Below, one piece after another: positions 9,153-20,700 of a stretch of DNA of 64,000 nucleotides (the stretch's first letter is position 1; every line of letters begins with the position of its first letter). A model generated the notes under the pieces. The model was not told the DNA's origin and searched no databases. It was given only the letters and a program-made list of their open reading frames with translations. The position numbers were made by a program, and so were the translations under genes. The stretch spans positions 2,544 to 66,543 of the forward strand of contig CANLPK010000003.1 of NCBI GenBank assembly GCA_947492885.1, given 5' to 3'. Source of the stretch: Bacteroidota bacterium. GTDB lineage: Bacteria; Bacteroidota; Bacteroidia; UKL13-3.

Positions 9153-9680
9153 TTATTTGAGAAGCGCTTTTATTTGTTCTTCCACCTGGCTTTTGAATAA
9201 TTCAGTATGTCCCTCAATCGTGAGTGCAGGCTTGCCTTTCATGAAAATCTTTAGGGTTGGATAATCCATCACAGAATATTTTAGATTCACCTCCGATGTT
9301 ATTTGCAAGAGAGGATATGTAACCTTAACTTTTGATTTGAAATTTTCAAGTTGTGTATCATCATCAAAAGCAGTCAAACCATAAAACTTCACCCTAGATG
9401 AGCCATACTTTTCAAAGAGCGCCTCCAATTCAGGAGTTGCTTTAACGCAAGGCGGACATCCGGTAAACCAAAAATCGATAACAACAATATCGGCGCTCTG
9501 GAGCAAACTATCTATATTACTTAATTTCTTTCCCGCGATGCCACTTTGATTTTCCATGGCACTAATGGAAGATGCATGGGCACTCGAGTTGCTATTGAAG
9601 TTTTTGGCAGCTAATAGTATTACCAAACCTGGCAACAAAATATATAATCTGTATTTTAAAATATTAGGTATTAAACGCAT
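9153..9680 (-). CDS. TlpA-like thioredoxin-fold thiol:disulfide oxidoreductase (exported)
   Basis: CxxC active site in [24 protein letters not shown]. Hydrophobic N-terminus from [25 protein letters not shown]. The longer track ORF (to 9710) would overlap rocD by 40 nt, so the internal ATG at 9680 is preferred. Confidence 0.75.
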   Translation of the reverse strand: MRLIPNILKYRLYILLPGLVILLAAKNFNSNSSAHASSISAMENQSGIAGKKLSNIDSLLQSADIVVIDFWFTGCPPCVKATPELEALFEKYGSSRVKFYGLTAFDDDTQLENFKSKVKVTYPLLQITSEVNLKYSVMDYPTLKIFMKGKPALTIEGHTELFKSQVEEQIKALLK

Positions 9681-10903
9681 TCCATGAAAGTTTCCTCTAT
9701 GATATCGCAAGCGAAATCAATCTCTCTGCGAGTAATCGTGAGTGGGGGAGCAAAGCGAATGGTGTTTTCATGAGTTTGCTTAGCCAATAAACCATTTTCC
9801 ATTAATCGTAAGCAAATTTCGTAGCCACTAAATTTTGATTTTTCAGGATCAATTTCAATCGCATTGAATAATCCTTTACCACGAATTTCTTTAATGAATG
9901 GTACATCAACCTTTTTCATTCGGCCTCTAAATACACTTCCCATACTCAAGGCATTTTCCGGAAGGTTCTCATCTTTCAATACTTTCAATGCCGCCATCGC
10001 CACAGCACAAGCCAATGGATTACCACCGTAGGTGCTGCCATGTTCACCGGGTTTAATGGTAAGCATTATTTCATCATTGGCCAATACAGCACTCACTGGC
10101 AATACGCCACCACTCAAGGCTTTCCCAAGTATTAGGATATCGGGTTTCACTTCTTCATGATCGCATGCAAGCATCTTTCCAGTACGTCCAAGTCCAGTTT
10201 GTATTTCATCGGCAATCATCAATACCTTGGCCTCAGTACATATTTTGCGTACACCTTGCAAGTATCCTTTGTCAGGAATAATAACACCTGCTTCCCCTTG
10301 TATCGGTTCAAACATAAACCCGCATACATTAGGATCCTTGCAGGCATTGAATAATGCGGTTAGGTCGTTATAAGGTATAATTTCAAATCCAGGCATATAA
10401 GGCCCGAAATTTTTAAAGCTACTTGGGTCGGTGCTACTCGATACGGCGGCTAAAGTTCTACCCCAGAAATTGCCACTAACAAAAATGATCTTTGCTTTGT
10501 TTTCAGGTATACCCTTAACTACATAACCCCATCTGCGGGCCAGTTTCAAAGCTGTTTCACCGCCTTCAACACCTGTATTCATTGGCAATACCTTATCAAA
10601 TCCAAAATATTTGCAAATGAATAGTTCATATTCACCCAAGATATTATTGTGGAATGCACGAGAAGTAAGTGTTATGTTTTGGGCTTGTTTGGTTAAGGCT
10701 TCAATAATTTTCGGATGACAGTGTCCTTGGTTTACAGCAGAATATGCAGAAAGGAAATCATAATATTTTTTACCCTCTGTATCCCATACATGTACTCCTT
10801 TACCGCGCTCAAGCACAACAGGTAAAGGATGATAGTTATGGGCCCCGAAACGATCTTCTAATTCAATGGCTCTTTGGGATTCGGTAAGTTTAACGTGTAG
10901 CAT
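9671..10903 (-). CDS. rocD: Ornithine--oxo-acid aminotransferase (class III PLP aminotransferase)
   Basis: [53 protein letters not shown].. and [12 protein letters not shown] are characteristic of OAT/RocD. The ATG at 10903 (MLHVKL) is preferred over the TTG at 10912. Confidence 0.85.
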   Translation of the reverse strand: MLHVKLTESQRAIELEDRFGAHNYHPLPVVLERGKGVHVWDTEGKKYYDFLSAYSAVNQGHCHPKIIEALTKQAQNITLTSRAFHNNILGEYELFICKYFGFDKVLPMNTGVEGGETALKLARRWGYVVKGIPENKAKIIFVSGNFWGRTLAAVSSSTDPSSFKNFGPYMPGFEIIPYNDLTALFNACKDPNVCGFMFEPIQGEAGVIIPDKGYLQGVRKICTEAKVLMIADEIQTGLGRTGKMLACDHEEVKPDILILGKALSGGVLPVSAVLANDEIMLTIKPGEHGSTYGGNPLACAVAMAALKVLKDENLPENALSMGSVFRGRMKKVDVPFIKEIRGKGLFNAIEIDPEKSKFSGYEICLRLMENGLLAKQTHENTIRFAPPLTITRREIDFACDIIEETFMECV

Positions 10904-10981
10904 ACGGCGCAAAGATAATCATTAACGCGCTGAAGCGTTTAATTAAATCAAATTTATCATAGATATTTATAGTTTTGCGAT

Positions 10982-12628
10982 ATGGAAAAACTAAAATATA
11001 GCCAGCTTATTTTTATAATTCTTTGTTTAATTCTTGCAATCAAGGTTGAAGCTCAAAAACCTGCATTCGAAACCGGAAAGCATATACCTCCCCCAGAGGC
11101 GAAACATAAAAAGAATTATTATAGCAGTATAATATATTCTACTCCCGAAGAATTTCTTGTTTCCGATAGAATGAAAAATGGCCAAGTGTATACTTCTTAT
11201 GACGCCCTCACCTTGAAAAAGAAAGAGACTTTTACCCTCGAACTTCCTATAGTAAATGGAGGTAAGGATGTAGATTGGATTAGAAGAATTTTCAGGGCAG
11301 AGGAAACAACCTCCATTTATGGCTATTACAATCGAAAGGATGATGAAAATTTTGTGTATGGCAAAATAACGGATCGTAATGGAAAGGATATCGTAAAAGA
11401 GAAAGTCCTGGCAAAAATTTCTGCATCAAAAAGAAAATACATCGGAAGCCTAGGTCAGGTTTTTTCAAAAGACAAATCAAAGATTCTAATTTATCGAGAA
11501 TTAACTTCTAAGGAAAGCGAACAAGAAGAAATAGAGCTATGGCTTTATGACGACCAGCTCAATAAAATTTACAAGAAAAAGATGAGCTTCCCTTATAAGA
11601 ACAAACAATTCTATGTTCAAGAATACTTGGTTACCAATGATGGGAAGGTTATTGTTATAGCATATTATAAAGCATCAAAAGATGAGATTAAGGCGGATCC
11701 TGATGCTAAAAACACACTCAATTTTAAAGTGTTTGGTGTCACAGCTGATAATGAAGAACTGGACGAAATTAAGATTACCAAAAAAGGGAGCGCATTGAGC
11801 TCTGCATTTGGTTGGGTGCTCGATTCGGGAGATATTGTTTTCACCGGATATTTCCGTGAAGGAGGAGAGAAGAAATATCAGTACGGAGCAAATGGAATTT
11901 ATTATGTGAAGGTGAATACTAGTAATTGGGAAATCGAAACAAGCCACTTTAATAAAATTCCAAAAGAAGATTTAACTCGAATTTTTGTAGCCAATGGTGC
12001 CAACGAAAGACAAACAAGAAGAGTGAAGAAATCGGTAGATAACGGGGCTGGCTTAAGTGCATTCTATATTAGAGGTTTGTTTTACGAGAATGATGGGTCG
12101 GTGAAAATCATCTCTCAAGCAGAATGGATGACACAGGTATGTACTACAGATCCTAAGACAGGGGTGCAATCATGCAGATATATATATTACAATATGCAGA
12201 TTGTTGAATTCGATTTAGATGCTGATGGAAAAATTTCGAAAACATTAATCATTCCTAAAAAGCAAGTAGCTGGGTCACCGGTATTGGAAGGACATATCGC
12301 ATTGCTTTCCAATTCAAGAACTTACTTTGTCTTTAATGATGCAGACATCAATTTTAATGAGAAAAAGCTAGCTAAACATGATGGGAACAAATTCTACTAC
12401 ACCTTCGGAAATAGCCGCAAGAACCGATTGGTATATGCCTATGTTAAGAAAAAGGGAGATGCGACAAAGGTGGCAATGATCGACAATTATAAAAACAATA
12501 TCCTAATTTACCCAAGTGAATACGTTCGTATTAGTAACGAAACAGTAATTACTTGGGGCAAGCTCCGTAAAGGAAAAGAGCTTTTACTCGTAAAACTTTA
12601 TCTTAAAGAAAAAGAGAAACAAGATTAA
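10982..12628 (+). CDS. Exported Lys-rich hypothetical protein (548 aa)
   Basis: Long ORF with signal peptide LIFIILCLILAIKVEAQ. I recognise no family motif. Confidence 0.7.
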   Translation: MEKLKYSQLIFIILCLILAIKVEAQKPAFETGKHIPPPEAKHKKNYYSSIIYSTPEEFLVSDRMKNGQVYTSYDALTLKKKETFTLELPIVNGGKDVDWIRRIFRAEETTSIYGYYNRKDDENFVYGKITDRNGKDIVKEKVLAKISASKRKYIGSLGQVFSKDKSKILIYRELTSKESEQEEIELWLYDDQLNKIYKKKMSFPYKNKQFYVQEYLVTNDGKVIVIAYYKASKDEIKADPDAKNTLNFKVFGVTADNEELDEIKITKKGSALSSAFGWVLDSGDIVFTGYFREGGEKKYQYGANGIYYVKVNTSNWEIETSHFNKIPKEDLTRIFVANGANERQTRRVKKSVDNGAGLSAFYIRGLFYENDGSVKIISQAEWMTQVCTTDPKTGVQSCRYIYYNMQIVEFDLDADGKISKTLIIPKKQVAGSPVLEGHIALLSNSRTYFVFNDADINFNEKKLAKHDGNKFYYTFGNSRKNRLVYAYVKKKGDATKVAMIDNYKNNILIYPSEYVRISNETVITWGKLRKGKELLLVKLYLKEKEKQD

Positions 12629-12686
12629 TCACACGCAACTATTTAATTGATTAATATACTTTTTCCAATGCGTCCTTGGAATGTCC

Positions 12687-12694
12687 TATTTTTG
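12687..12694 (+). promoter_or_regulatory. Candidate Bacteroidota -7 promoter box (TATTTTTG = TAnnTTTG) for prfB
   Basis: Motif read at 12687-12694, 19 nt upstream of the prfB ATG. No clear -33 element seen. Confidence 0.3.
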
Positions 12695-12712
12695 CACATC
12701 AATTAAACTCTC

Positions 12713-13792
12713 ATGACCGATATTCAATTTAAAGACATCAAAGGCAGGGTAGAAGACCTATTCCGTTATCTGGAAATTGCTCAAAAGCTTGAGGAAATTC
12801 AGGAGATGGAAGAAGTTTCGCATGCCCCCAATTTTTGGGACGACCCAAAAGCAGCTGAAGTCTTGCTAAAACAAATTAAACTTAAGAAAACCTGGACCGA
12901 AGCATACAAAGTAGTTAAAGCCGCATTCGATGATATGCAAGTGCTTTGGGAGTTTTATATCGCTGGTGACCTCGACGATAAAGAAATGGATTTGAACTTC
13001 TCTAAAACTTTAGAAAAAGTAGAAGCGCTGGAATTCAAAAACATGCTTAAAAATCAAGAAGATCAGCTCAATTGCATTATAACTATAAACCCAGGAGCTG
13101 GTGGCACCGAAAGTCAGGATTGGGCCGAAATGCTCATGCGTATGTACACCATGTATGGTGAGAAGAACGGGTTCAAAGTAACACAACTCGATTTGCAATG
13201 GGGCGATGGAGCAGGGATTAAAAGCTGCTCCCTGGAGTTCGATGGGGAGTTTGCTTATGGTTATTTAAAAGGTGAAAATGGCGTACATCGTATGGTTCGA
13301 TTGAGTCCATTCGATTCGGCCAACAAGCGACATACCTCTTTCGCCTCTGTTTATTGCTATCCAGTAGTGGATGATAGTATAGAAATCGATATTAAGGATG
13401 CCGATATTGAGTTCCAAACTTCGCGTTCAGGTGGTGCAGGAGGACAAAATGTAAATAAGGTGGAAACGAAAGTGCAACTCACCCACAAACCCACCGGAAT
13501 TGTGGTGGTGTGCCAGGTCGAACGTTCTCAAATTGCAAATAAGGAAAGGGCCATGCAAATGTTACGATCTCAATTATATGAATTGGAATTGCGCAAACAA
13601 AATGAAGCACGCGCTAAGATTGAGGCTGGCAAAAAGAAAATTGAATGGGGCTCGCAAATTCGAAACTATGTTTTTCATCCATATAAATTGGTGAAGGATC
13701 TTCGTACCACCACCGAAACGAGTGATGTGCAAAGCGTGATGGATGGCGACCTGAATCAGTTTATCAAGCCATACTTGATGGAGTATAATTGA
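12713..13792 (+). CDS. prfB: Peptide chain release factor 2, encoded in one uninterrupted frame
   Basis: SPF tripeptide ([15 protein letters not shown]), GGQ ([11 protein letters not shown]), overall collinearity with E. coli RF2 from memory. The region equivalent to the frameshift site reads ttc cgt tat ctg gaa att (FRYLEI) with no in-frame TGA. Confidence 0.9.
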   Translation: MTDIQFKDIKGRVEDLFRYLEIAQKLEEIQEMEEVSHAPNFWDDPKAAEVLLKQIKLKKTWTEAYKVVKAAFDDMQVLWEFYIAGDLDDKEMDLNFSKTLEKVEALEFKNMLKNQEDQLNCIITINPGAGGTESQDWAEMLMRMYTMYGEKNGFKVTQLDLQWGDGAGIKSCSLEFDGEFAYGYLKGENGVHRMVRLSPFDSANKRHTSFASVYCYPVVDDSIEIDIKDADIEFQTSRSGGAGGQNVNKVETKVQLTHKPTGIVVVCQVERSQIANKERAMQMLRSQLYELELRKQNEARAKIEAGKKKIEWGSQIRNYVFHPYKLVKDLRTTTETSDVQSVMDGDLNQFIKPYLMEYN

Positions 13793-13866
13793 TTTGACAA
13801 TTCACTACATCTTATTTTATTATATTTGTTGTAGATATTAATCATGCCGATTAAATCAATTTTTTC

Positions 13867-14256
13867 ATGAAACTTCGATTACTTCATTTTACTAGTTTGA
13901 TATTGATGCTTAGTATGATGGTTGCTTGTAAACCCAAAGCAGTAGTGCCAACTTTCAATATCAAGGTAACAGAGGTAACACTTACCAGTGGCGGCACCGG
14001 ACTTCAGTTCAAAGCATCGTGTACCAACACTGAAATAAAAATGGATAAGGTAGTATTTACCAGCCCCAATAATACCCCTGGACTGGAATTTAACTTCAAT
14101 GGAAGAACCTGTTTGAAAGATGAATTCTTTCCCTTACAAGCCATCGTTGATGCGTATACCAAAGAAACTGGGATTTGGAAAATTCGCTTCTCCGGAATTC
14201 ATATGGGCGACGCAGCCCCTTTTACGGTTGATGGTTCTATTCAGGTTTACCAATAG
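13867..14256 (+). CDS. Small lipoprotein, unknown function
   Basis: Lipobox-like LSMMVAC after a hydrophobic N-terminus; 129 aa. Confidence 0.6.
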   Translation: MKLRLLHFTSLILMLSMMVACKPKAVVPTFNIKVTEVTLTSGGTGLQFKASCTNTEIKMDKVVFTSPNNTPGLEFNFNGRTCLKDEFFPLQAIVDAYTKETGIWKIRFSGIHMGDAAPFTVDGSIQVYQ

Positions 14257-14268
14257 TTGAGAAGACGG

Positions 14269-14595
14269 CTAAACACTAAATTTATTTCCCCACGTTTCCA
14301 TCATCTGCATTACTGGCAATAATTTTTTTCCTTCTTTGGTTAATGAATACTCAACCTTTGGAGGTATCACCTCATACACTTTTCGGCTTATTACTTCGTG
14401 ACGCTCCAATTCACGCAATACCTGCGAAAGCATCTTATCATTGATTCCTACCAATATTTTTTTGAGTTCGCCGTATCGCTTTGGTCCTTCTCGTAAATTC
14501 CAAAATACCAAACCCTTCCATCGCCCTCCAATCACAGAGAGGGTTAAATCTACTGGACAATAAAAAAAGGTGCCGTCGATTTTATAACGTTTCAT
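14269..14595 (-). CDS. HxlR-family winged-helix transcriptional regulator
   Basis: CPVDLTLSVIGGRWKGLVFWNLREGPKRYGELKK..ISRKVYEVIPPKVEYSLT is the HxlR signature pattern. Confidence 0.85.
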   Translation of the reverse strand: MKRYKIDGTFFYCPVDLTLSVIGGRWKGLVFWNLREGPKRYGELKKILVGINDKMLSQVLRELERHEVISRKVYEVIPPKVEYSLTKEGKKLLPVMQMMETWGNKFSV

Positions 14596-14725
14596 GACAA
14601 TATTATTTCAGCAAATATATCCCAAAAGGGGAGTACTACCCGAATTGATAGTACTTTCTTTTTGGGTAGTGTATTGTGGCATTGAATATCCGAACGCACT
14701 TTTGCATCCAATTAAATTATTAATC

Positions 14726-15196
14726 ATGGATACATTGGAAATTAAAAATACAGCACTCGCTGTTTCTTACGCAATTTTAGAAGGCCGCTGGAATGACCTC
14801 GATAACTTACTCGACAAAAACTTCACCTATACTGGCGATGGATTTGTTTTTACTAAGGATGAATATATTGGTTTCATGCAAGACATGAAAGCCGCTTTCT
14901 CTAACCTAAAAATGGAATTCCCACAAATCTTGGTGGATGGAGATCATGCATCGGTGCGTTTTATTTCAACTGCAGTAAATACAGGGAAATTTATGGGTGC
15001 CCCTGCCAACAAAAAGAACCTCGAAATCCATGGTATCTTTATTCGCAAAGTAAAAAATGGGAAAGTAATGCAGGAATGGCAATCTACCGACTTACTAGGT
15101 GTGATGAGACAAATTGGGTTTGGTGCCTTGTTGGGTTATTCCATTTTTGTTGGATTGTTTAATGTTAAACAAAAACGTCCAGTCCGCAAGTTCTAA
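14726..15196 (+). CDS. SnoaL-like / ester cyclase-like protein with C-terminal hydrophobic tail
   Basis: The ATG at 14726 (MDTLEIKNTALAVSYAILEGRW) is preferred. The track start at 14594 overlaps the hxlR start and adds a non-conserved-looking leader. FISTAVNTGKFMGAPANKKNLEIHGIFIRKVKNGKVMQEW resembles ester-cyclase family proteins. Divergent from an HxlR gene, a common pairing. Confidence 0.6.
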   Translation: MDTLEIKNTALAVSYAILEGRWNDLDNLLDKNFTYTGDGFVFTKDEYIGFMQDMKAAFSNLKMEFPQILVDGDHASVRFISTAVNTGKFMGAPANKKNLEIHGIFIRKVKNGKVMQEWQSTDLLGVMRQIGFGALLGYSIFVGLFNVKQKRPVRKF

Positions 15197-16311
15197 AATC
15201 GTTTGGTATAGTTGTATTTGCCGTTACTGAAACTCATTGCCGATAGTGTTCCATCAGTATTTGGAATGGCATTGATTTGCACTTTTCCTTTCGACGCTTT
15301 TCCTGTCGCCCAACCCACAGTTTTTGCAATGCGGGTTTTTACACTAAAGCGTTGATCTTGAATTTGATTCGCTAAAGTGGTATCCTTAATTATTTTGTAA
15401 AGATTCTTAGTTGCAAAGGCGCCTACGGTATTTACCACCGTATTTGTCGACCCTTGATATGCACCTTCTTCGGGTTCGTTTTCATCAATGTCAATAGGAG
15501 CGAACACCACCTGATTGGGTAAGTAACTATTTACCAACCCATCCAAGTAATCGTCCGACTTGCGGTTTTTACTATAACTATAAAACGTTTCAGCCGCCGA
15601 TTCTTTACTAGTTATCGATTGCACTTGATCATGCTGATTCGCCGATATAACCAATTGCGCAGTATGCACTATGGGTGTGTTATTGCGGCTTGGTAGCTGT
15701 GCAACAGCTTGTGAGTTTTTCGGATTGTTATTTTCTGGTGAATTGGTTTTAGGTAAAACAATTGTATTCGTATTATTATTTTCAATGGCAACGCCATTAT
15801 TTAATGGGTCAATGGAATTATTGAAACGAAGTATACCAATACCTAGTATCAAACATGCCGCCGCCGCAACACTACCATATCTAATCCACATAGGGGTTAC
15901 AGCTCCTTTTCTTAAGCTATTCTTATGTGGATATACCATGCCTTTATCAGCACGCAAAATGGTATGAGAATAAAGCTCTCGGTCTTTTTGATATTGTGGA
16001 TTGGCAGCTAAAAACAATTGCAACTCGTTTTGCTCGTGAGCCAATAAATCATGTTCGAGTTCGCTTACTAAAAAATGCTCAATGGTTATATCCGATATTT
16101 CTTCCTTGAGTAATGCATCTTTGGCATCAAAAACAAAACCATCATTTGGAAGGGTATACTGTGATGCCTCCTCTGCTAGCTGTTGTAAATCGGGATGGGC
16201 ATTTAAAAATTGCAATAGTTGTTCTTGTACCTCTGGAGTGAGCGTACCATCCCAATAATCCACCATAAAGGCTTCATAATTACTGCGTGTTATTTTAGGT
16301 GTTGCTTTCAT
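15193..16311 (-). CDS. Putative anti-sigma factor (single-pass membrane protein downstream of an ECF sigma)
   Basis: Starts 2 nt after the sigma gene stop. Cytoplasmic N-domain, TM WIRYGSVAAAACLILGIGIL, Asn/Gln-rich external part. The assignment rests on context and topology only. Confidence 0.5.
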   Translation of the reverse strand: MKATPKITRSNYEAFMVDYWDGTLTPEVQEQLLQFLNAHPDLQQLAEEASQYTLPNDGFVFDAKDALLKEEISDITIEHFLVSELEHDLLAHEQNELQLFLAANPQYQKDRELYSHTILRADKGMVYPHKNSLRKGAVTPMWIRYGSVAAAACLILGIGILRFNNSIDPLNNGVAIENNNTNTIVLPKTNSPENNNPKNSQAVAQLPSRNNTPIVHTAQLVISANQHDQVQSITSKESAAETFYSYSKNRKSDDYLDGLVNSYLPNQVVFAPIDIDENEPEEGAYQGSTNTVVNTVGAFATKNLYKIIKDTTLANQIQDQRFSVKTRIAKTVGWATGKASKGKVQINAIPNTDGTLSAMSFSNGKYNYTKRF

Positions 16312-16313
16312 GG

Positions 16314-16799
16314 TTAAATCACATTTTGCATGCTTCCTAAATAGTTCTTTAAAAAGGTGCGGGCTCTAAAAATATAAACCTTTACCTGCGATTCGTTTAA
16401 ATGTAAAATCTCACCAATTTCTTTATAATCATATCCTTCAAAATCTCTCAATAAAATTACCTCTCTCTGAGCTTCCGGCAGTTTCTCCATGGCCTTTCTC
16501 ACAATTCGTTCTGTATCGGTAAATTCATTCTGAGTGCTATATTTACTCTCTTTCACTTCGCTAAAATCGGTTTTTCTTTTTTCTTTTCTTATCCTGTCGA
16601 TCATGGCATTATGCGCAATCTGAAAAATATAACTCTTGGCACGGGCGAAATCTACGCTACCACAATGATTCCATACTTTTTCGAAGGTATCCTGTACCAC
16701 ATCTTTCGCCTCTTCCTTATTCCGCATCTGATGCGCAATAAAGCGGTAAACCCCGTCGGAGTATAGCGTTACACACTGATTATATTCGGCGGTAGTCAT
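16314..16799 (-). CDS. ECF-type RNA polymerase sigma-70 factor
   Basis: Region 2 (YRFIAHQMRNKEEAKDVVQDTFEKVW) and region 4 (LPEAQREVILLRDFEGYDYKEIGEILHLNESQVKVYIFRAR) patterns. Confidence 0.85.
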   Translation of the reverse strand: MTTAEYNQCVTLYSDGVYRFIAHQMRNKEEAKDVVQDTFEKVWNHCGSVDFARAKSYIFQIAHNAMIDRIRKEKRKTDFSEVKESKYSTQNEFTDTERIVRKAMEKLPEAQREVILLRDFEGYDYKEIGEILHLNESQVKVYIFRARTFLKNYLGSMQNVI

Positions 16800-16926
16800 G
16801 AAAGGGGTCCAATTCTTCTTTTAGCTTATTGCGCTTAGTATGGGTGATACGGACTAAGTCTTCAAGAAGTTACACAAAGCTAGTTATTTTTTAGAAAAGA
16901 TTCAATTCCTCGTTTTTTGTGGCCCA

Positions 16927-17643
16927 TTATTTACCAATAGCAAACATCACCGGTATTTTATGTAAGTCGGGAATACTCTTTTTCCATTGGGCAATGCTCT
17001 GCATCATTATCTTTTCCTTGGGTGAAGTAAGGGCAATTCCTGCACAGAGTTTGGTTTTTGATTCGCATATATCGAGGAGCTCCTTGAGTAACTGATTATT
17101 GCGGTAGGGTGCTTCCATGAATAGTTGAGTATAGTTTTTTATAGAGGCATCATTCTCCATCTGTTTGATCTTTTTCTGCCTCAATACCTTATCGTAAGGT
17201 AAGTATCCATGAAAAGTAAATTGTTGTCCAATAAATCCACTACCTACCAGGGTAAGCAATATACTCGATGCTCCCGCCAATGGTACCACAGTGATACCAT
17301 GCTCATGACAACTTCTTACTACCTGATAGCCAGGATCGGCAATACATGGCATGCCCGCATCACTCATTAATCCGATGTCTTTTCCTTTATGCAAGGGTGC
17401 CATCAAAGCGCCAGTATTTCCATCGGCATTATGCTCATTCAAGAGCATGATTTGTAGTTCTGATTGTAGCTTCTCGGGTAATATTTTTTTGACAAAAGCC
17501 CGTACATTTTTTTCTGATTCTCCAATGAAGTTTGTGATACCTCCCGCTACCTCTGCCACTCGTGGTGCTAAGTGCGACATGCTATTGCTATCGTCTAAAA
17601 AATTGGGTAGGAGGTACAGGGTTCCTTTTGTTGGCAATTGCAT
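16927..17643 (-). CDS. SAM-dependent tetrapyrrole-methylase-fold methyltransferase (RsmI-like paralogue)
   Basis: GTLYLLP.., LMSDAGMPCIADPGYQVVRSCHEHGITVVPLAGASS.. parallels E. coli RsmI (LVSDAGTPLINDPGY..VVPLPGP). Confidence 0.7.
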   Translation of the reverse strand: MQLPTKGTLYLLPNFLDDSNSMSHLAPRVAEVAGGITNFIGESEKNVRAFVKKILPEKLQSELQIMLLNEHNADGNTGALMAPLHKGKDIGLMSDAGMPCIADPGYQVVRSCHEHGITVVPLAGASSILLTLVGSGFIGQQFTFHGYLPYDKVLRQKKIKQMENDASIKNYTQLFMEAPYRNNQLLKELLDICESKTKLCAGIALTSPKEKIMMQSIAQWKKSIPDLHKIPVMFAIGK

Positions 17644-17760
17644 ATTAATTTAGTATTTTTGAAAAATAAGGTGGCATTGGGTTCTACAAAGAAAATTAAA
17701 AAACATCAGACCCTGCAGTTTGTTTAGAATTAACTGAAAAAAAATATTTTACATCGTTTA

Positions 17761-20700
17761 ATGTTTAAAAAACTATTTACATTACTAATTCTTTTAGTGT
17801 CAATTATTTCCCATGCACAGCAGCGCTTTGGCAATGAATGGATCAATTCAACTCAATCATATTACAAGATAACGCTCAATAAAGACGGGATATATAGAAT
17901 TAATTTTAATGCCTTACAACAGGCCAGTGTTCCAATCTCTTCAATCAATCCTAAAAACTTTCAACTCTTTCACTTTGGTAAGGAGCAACCAATCTATATC
18001 GCTGGCGAATCCGATGGGCAATTCAATACAGGTGATTTTATCGAATTTTTTGGTGCGCGTAACGATGGTAGAAGTGATTCATTGCTATTTAAATCGGGCG
18101 AACAAGCGAATCCATACTACAGCTTTGTAAGCGATACCGCTGCCTATTTTCTTACCTGGAATAGCACTACTCCTGGACTTCGTGTTACAGAATATTCAAA
18201 CACAAACTACAATTCATTTATACCGGAGCCCTACTTTTTACAACATAGTCTTTTTTATGGAACCTATAATAGCCTCGTCAACGACGATGGTTATAACTAT
18301 GGTCATCCCATTAACTTAAGCGATAATATTTATGGGTCGGAATATTCCATGAACGAAGGATATACAGGTTCATGGGTTGGACTTAGTGGATTGGCAGTTG
18401 GAACCTTTCCATTGGTCACCGACAACTATTATAATAAAGGTCCAAAGCCTTTGTTCAGCGCCTGGTTGAGCGGGTTATCGAACGCTACAACTTCTGGCAA
18501 CTCAAGTTTTAATCATCATGTTCAACTTTGGCTTGGAAGTAATAAATTGTATGAAGATTCGCTGGTCTTCTTTTACAACCAGCTCCTCACCAATATCAGT
18601 ATTGATACACCATTTACTATGGGGGCAACCACTCCGCTGCAACTAAAAGTAATAAACGATTTGTATGTCACCGCCGATTGGAACACCATCGCCTATGCCG
18701 ATTTGGTATATCCAAGAACTTTCGAACTCGGAAATGCTACTTCTCGAAAATATAATCTTAAAACCAACCAACAGTATGTTAGCTGGAGCAATTATAGTAA
18801 TGGCAGTAAGCAATGGCCTGTAGTGTATGATATTGCCAATAATGTTCGTGTAACAAGCACCTTGGCCTCAACCAATCTGAAAATTATTTTCCCATCAACT
18901 ACAGCTGAAAAGGAAATTTATATGGCAGATACAACAGAAATAAATTATGTAGGATTAAAGCCCGTTACGATGCTAAATGTGAATGCTGCTTCCAATTATG
19001 CATTCCTCATTATTACACATGAAAAATTCCTTCAGCAAGCCAACGATTATAAAGCGTATAACGCTACACGATACGAAAATTTCAATACCCTCGTAGTAAC
19101 CTCTGATCAACTTTATGACGCCTTCTATTACGGATTGCACCATCCGGTGGCGGTGCGCCATTTTTGCGACTATGTGCTTGAAAATGCAACCATCGCACCC
19201 AAGTATTTATTGTTGATGGGTAAGGGTGAACAAACGAATTTACTTCGCAATCCATTCAACTATAATCTTGATTATGTCCCAAGTATTGGAGTTCCATCGA
19301 GTGATCATATGTTTACCAATGGGTTGAAGGGGTCGTTACTTTTTGAGCCTTCAATTGCTACTGGTAGAATTGCCTGCAAAACTACTGCCGAAGCGGAGAA
19401 CTATTTGCAAAAGCTGAAAGATTACGAAGCGCTTCCTGATACGACTTGGTGGAAGAAAAATGTTTTACATTTACTTGGAGGCGACGATTTATCGCAAGCT
19501 CAGTATATCGCAAATGTGATGAATACAAATGTGAACATAATCAATAATCCATCCTATGGAGGAAAAGTTACGTCCTTCAATAAGAACTCTACTTCGCCTA
19601 TCGATAGTAGTTTGGAGCAGAAAATCCAAAACGCAATAAATCAAGGCGCCGGCCTATTTACCTTTTTTGGTCATGGCTCATTAAATGAAACTGATATAAA
19701 ATTTGGTGATGGGTGTCAATTAAATAATTATAAAAAATATCCTGTCATGTATTTGAACGGATGTAATATGGGCAATTGCAATATTGCTTATCAAAGCTCT
19801 GGTGCCTTCAATAAATGCCCTACCAGTAATCCAGGAAATATTGCATCGAAAGGGGAGGTGTTTATTTTAGAAAAAGATAAAGGCGCTATCGTTTGGATGT
19901 CTCAATCAAATACATCATCTCTTAGCACCCTGGCTGCACAGATAGATAGTCTATATATTCTTTTAGCTAGAGATGCTTACGGACAATCTTTAGGAAATAT
20001 AGTTAAGCAAATGATTATACGTACTCAGGCATACAACCCTGGGAGTGAAGAAATGCGTAATCATTCACTGCAACTTGTATATCAGGGCGACCCAGCGTTA
20101 CGCATCTTTTCGGCAGCAAAACCCGATTTCAAAATCACCAGTCAAGATTTATTCCTTTTCCCTTACAATGCAACTGCAGTAAGCGATTCATTTGCAGTGG
20201 GTATAAATATCACTAATTATGGGAAAGCAATTAACGACAGTATAGAAATAAAAGTTCGTCGCACATATGGTAGCAATGTGGTTGATTACCCGCTAACAAA
20301 AACTACAGCTACCTTTAGAAACGACACCTTTTATTATTATATAAAATCGAAAGATATTCGAACCACTGGAACCAATAATTTCGAAGTATGGGTTGATCCC
20401 AACGATAAGATTTCTGAGTTGAACGAATTAAATAATACTGCCAGCCTCACGGTATATATTCCTGGCAATGGCGTGAATTTAATTACCCCTGTGCCTTATG
20501 CCATCATCGACTCAAATAAAATTGCGCTCATCGCACAAAGCAGTAATTTATTTGGTAAAACTGATGCTGAATTTTATTTCGAAATAGATACAACGCCCTA
20601 TTTTAATAGTCCCCAATTACAGCAATCGGCCTTAATACAAGCGAGCCATCTTGCACAATGGAAAGCAAACGTATCAGCGAAAGATAGTACCGTTTATTAT

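Noticed and set aside
10970-10977. TAnnTTTG matches placed 4 nt before start codons (TAGTTTTG at 10970 and TATTTTTG at 63208, both followed by CGATATG)
   Set aside because: They are too close to the ATG to serve as -7 boxes for those genes unless the transcripts are leaderless or the starts are misplaced. More likely this is AT-rich coincidence or part of the translation-initiation context.
12713-12800. Hidden programmed frameshift in prfB
   Set aside because: I looked for CTT TGA C or any in-frame stop in the first 30 codons. None is present and the frame is continuous, so I report this as absence of recoding rather than a pseudogene or frameshift.
14594-14725. Upstream 44 codons of the SnoaL-like ORF
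   Set aside because: They would overlap the divergent hxlR start codon and occupy the shared promoter region. The ATG at 14726 begins the recognisable domain.
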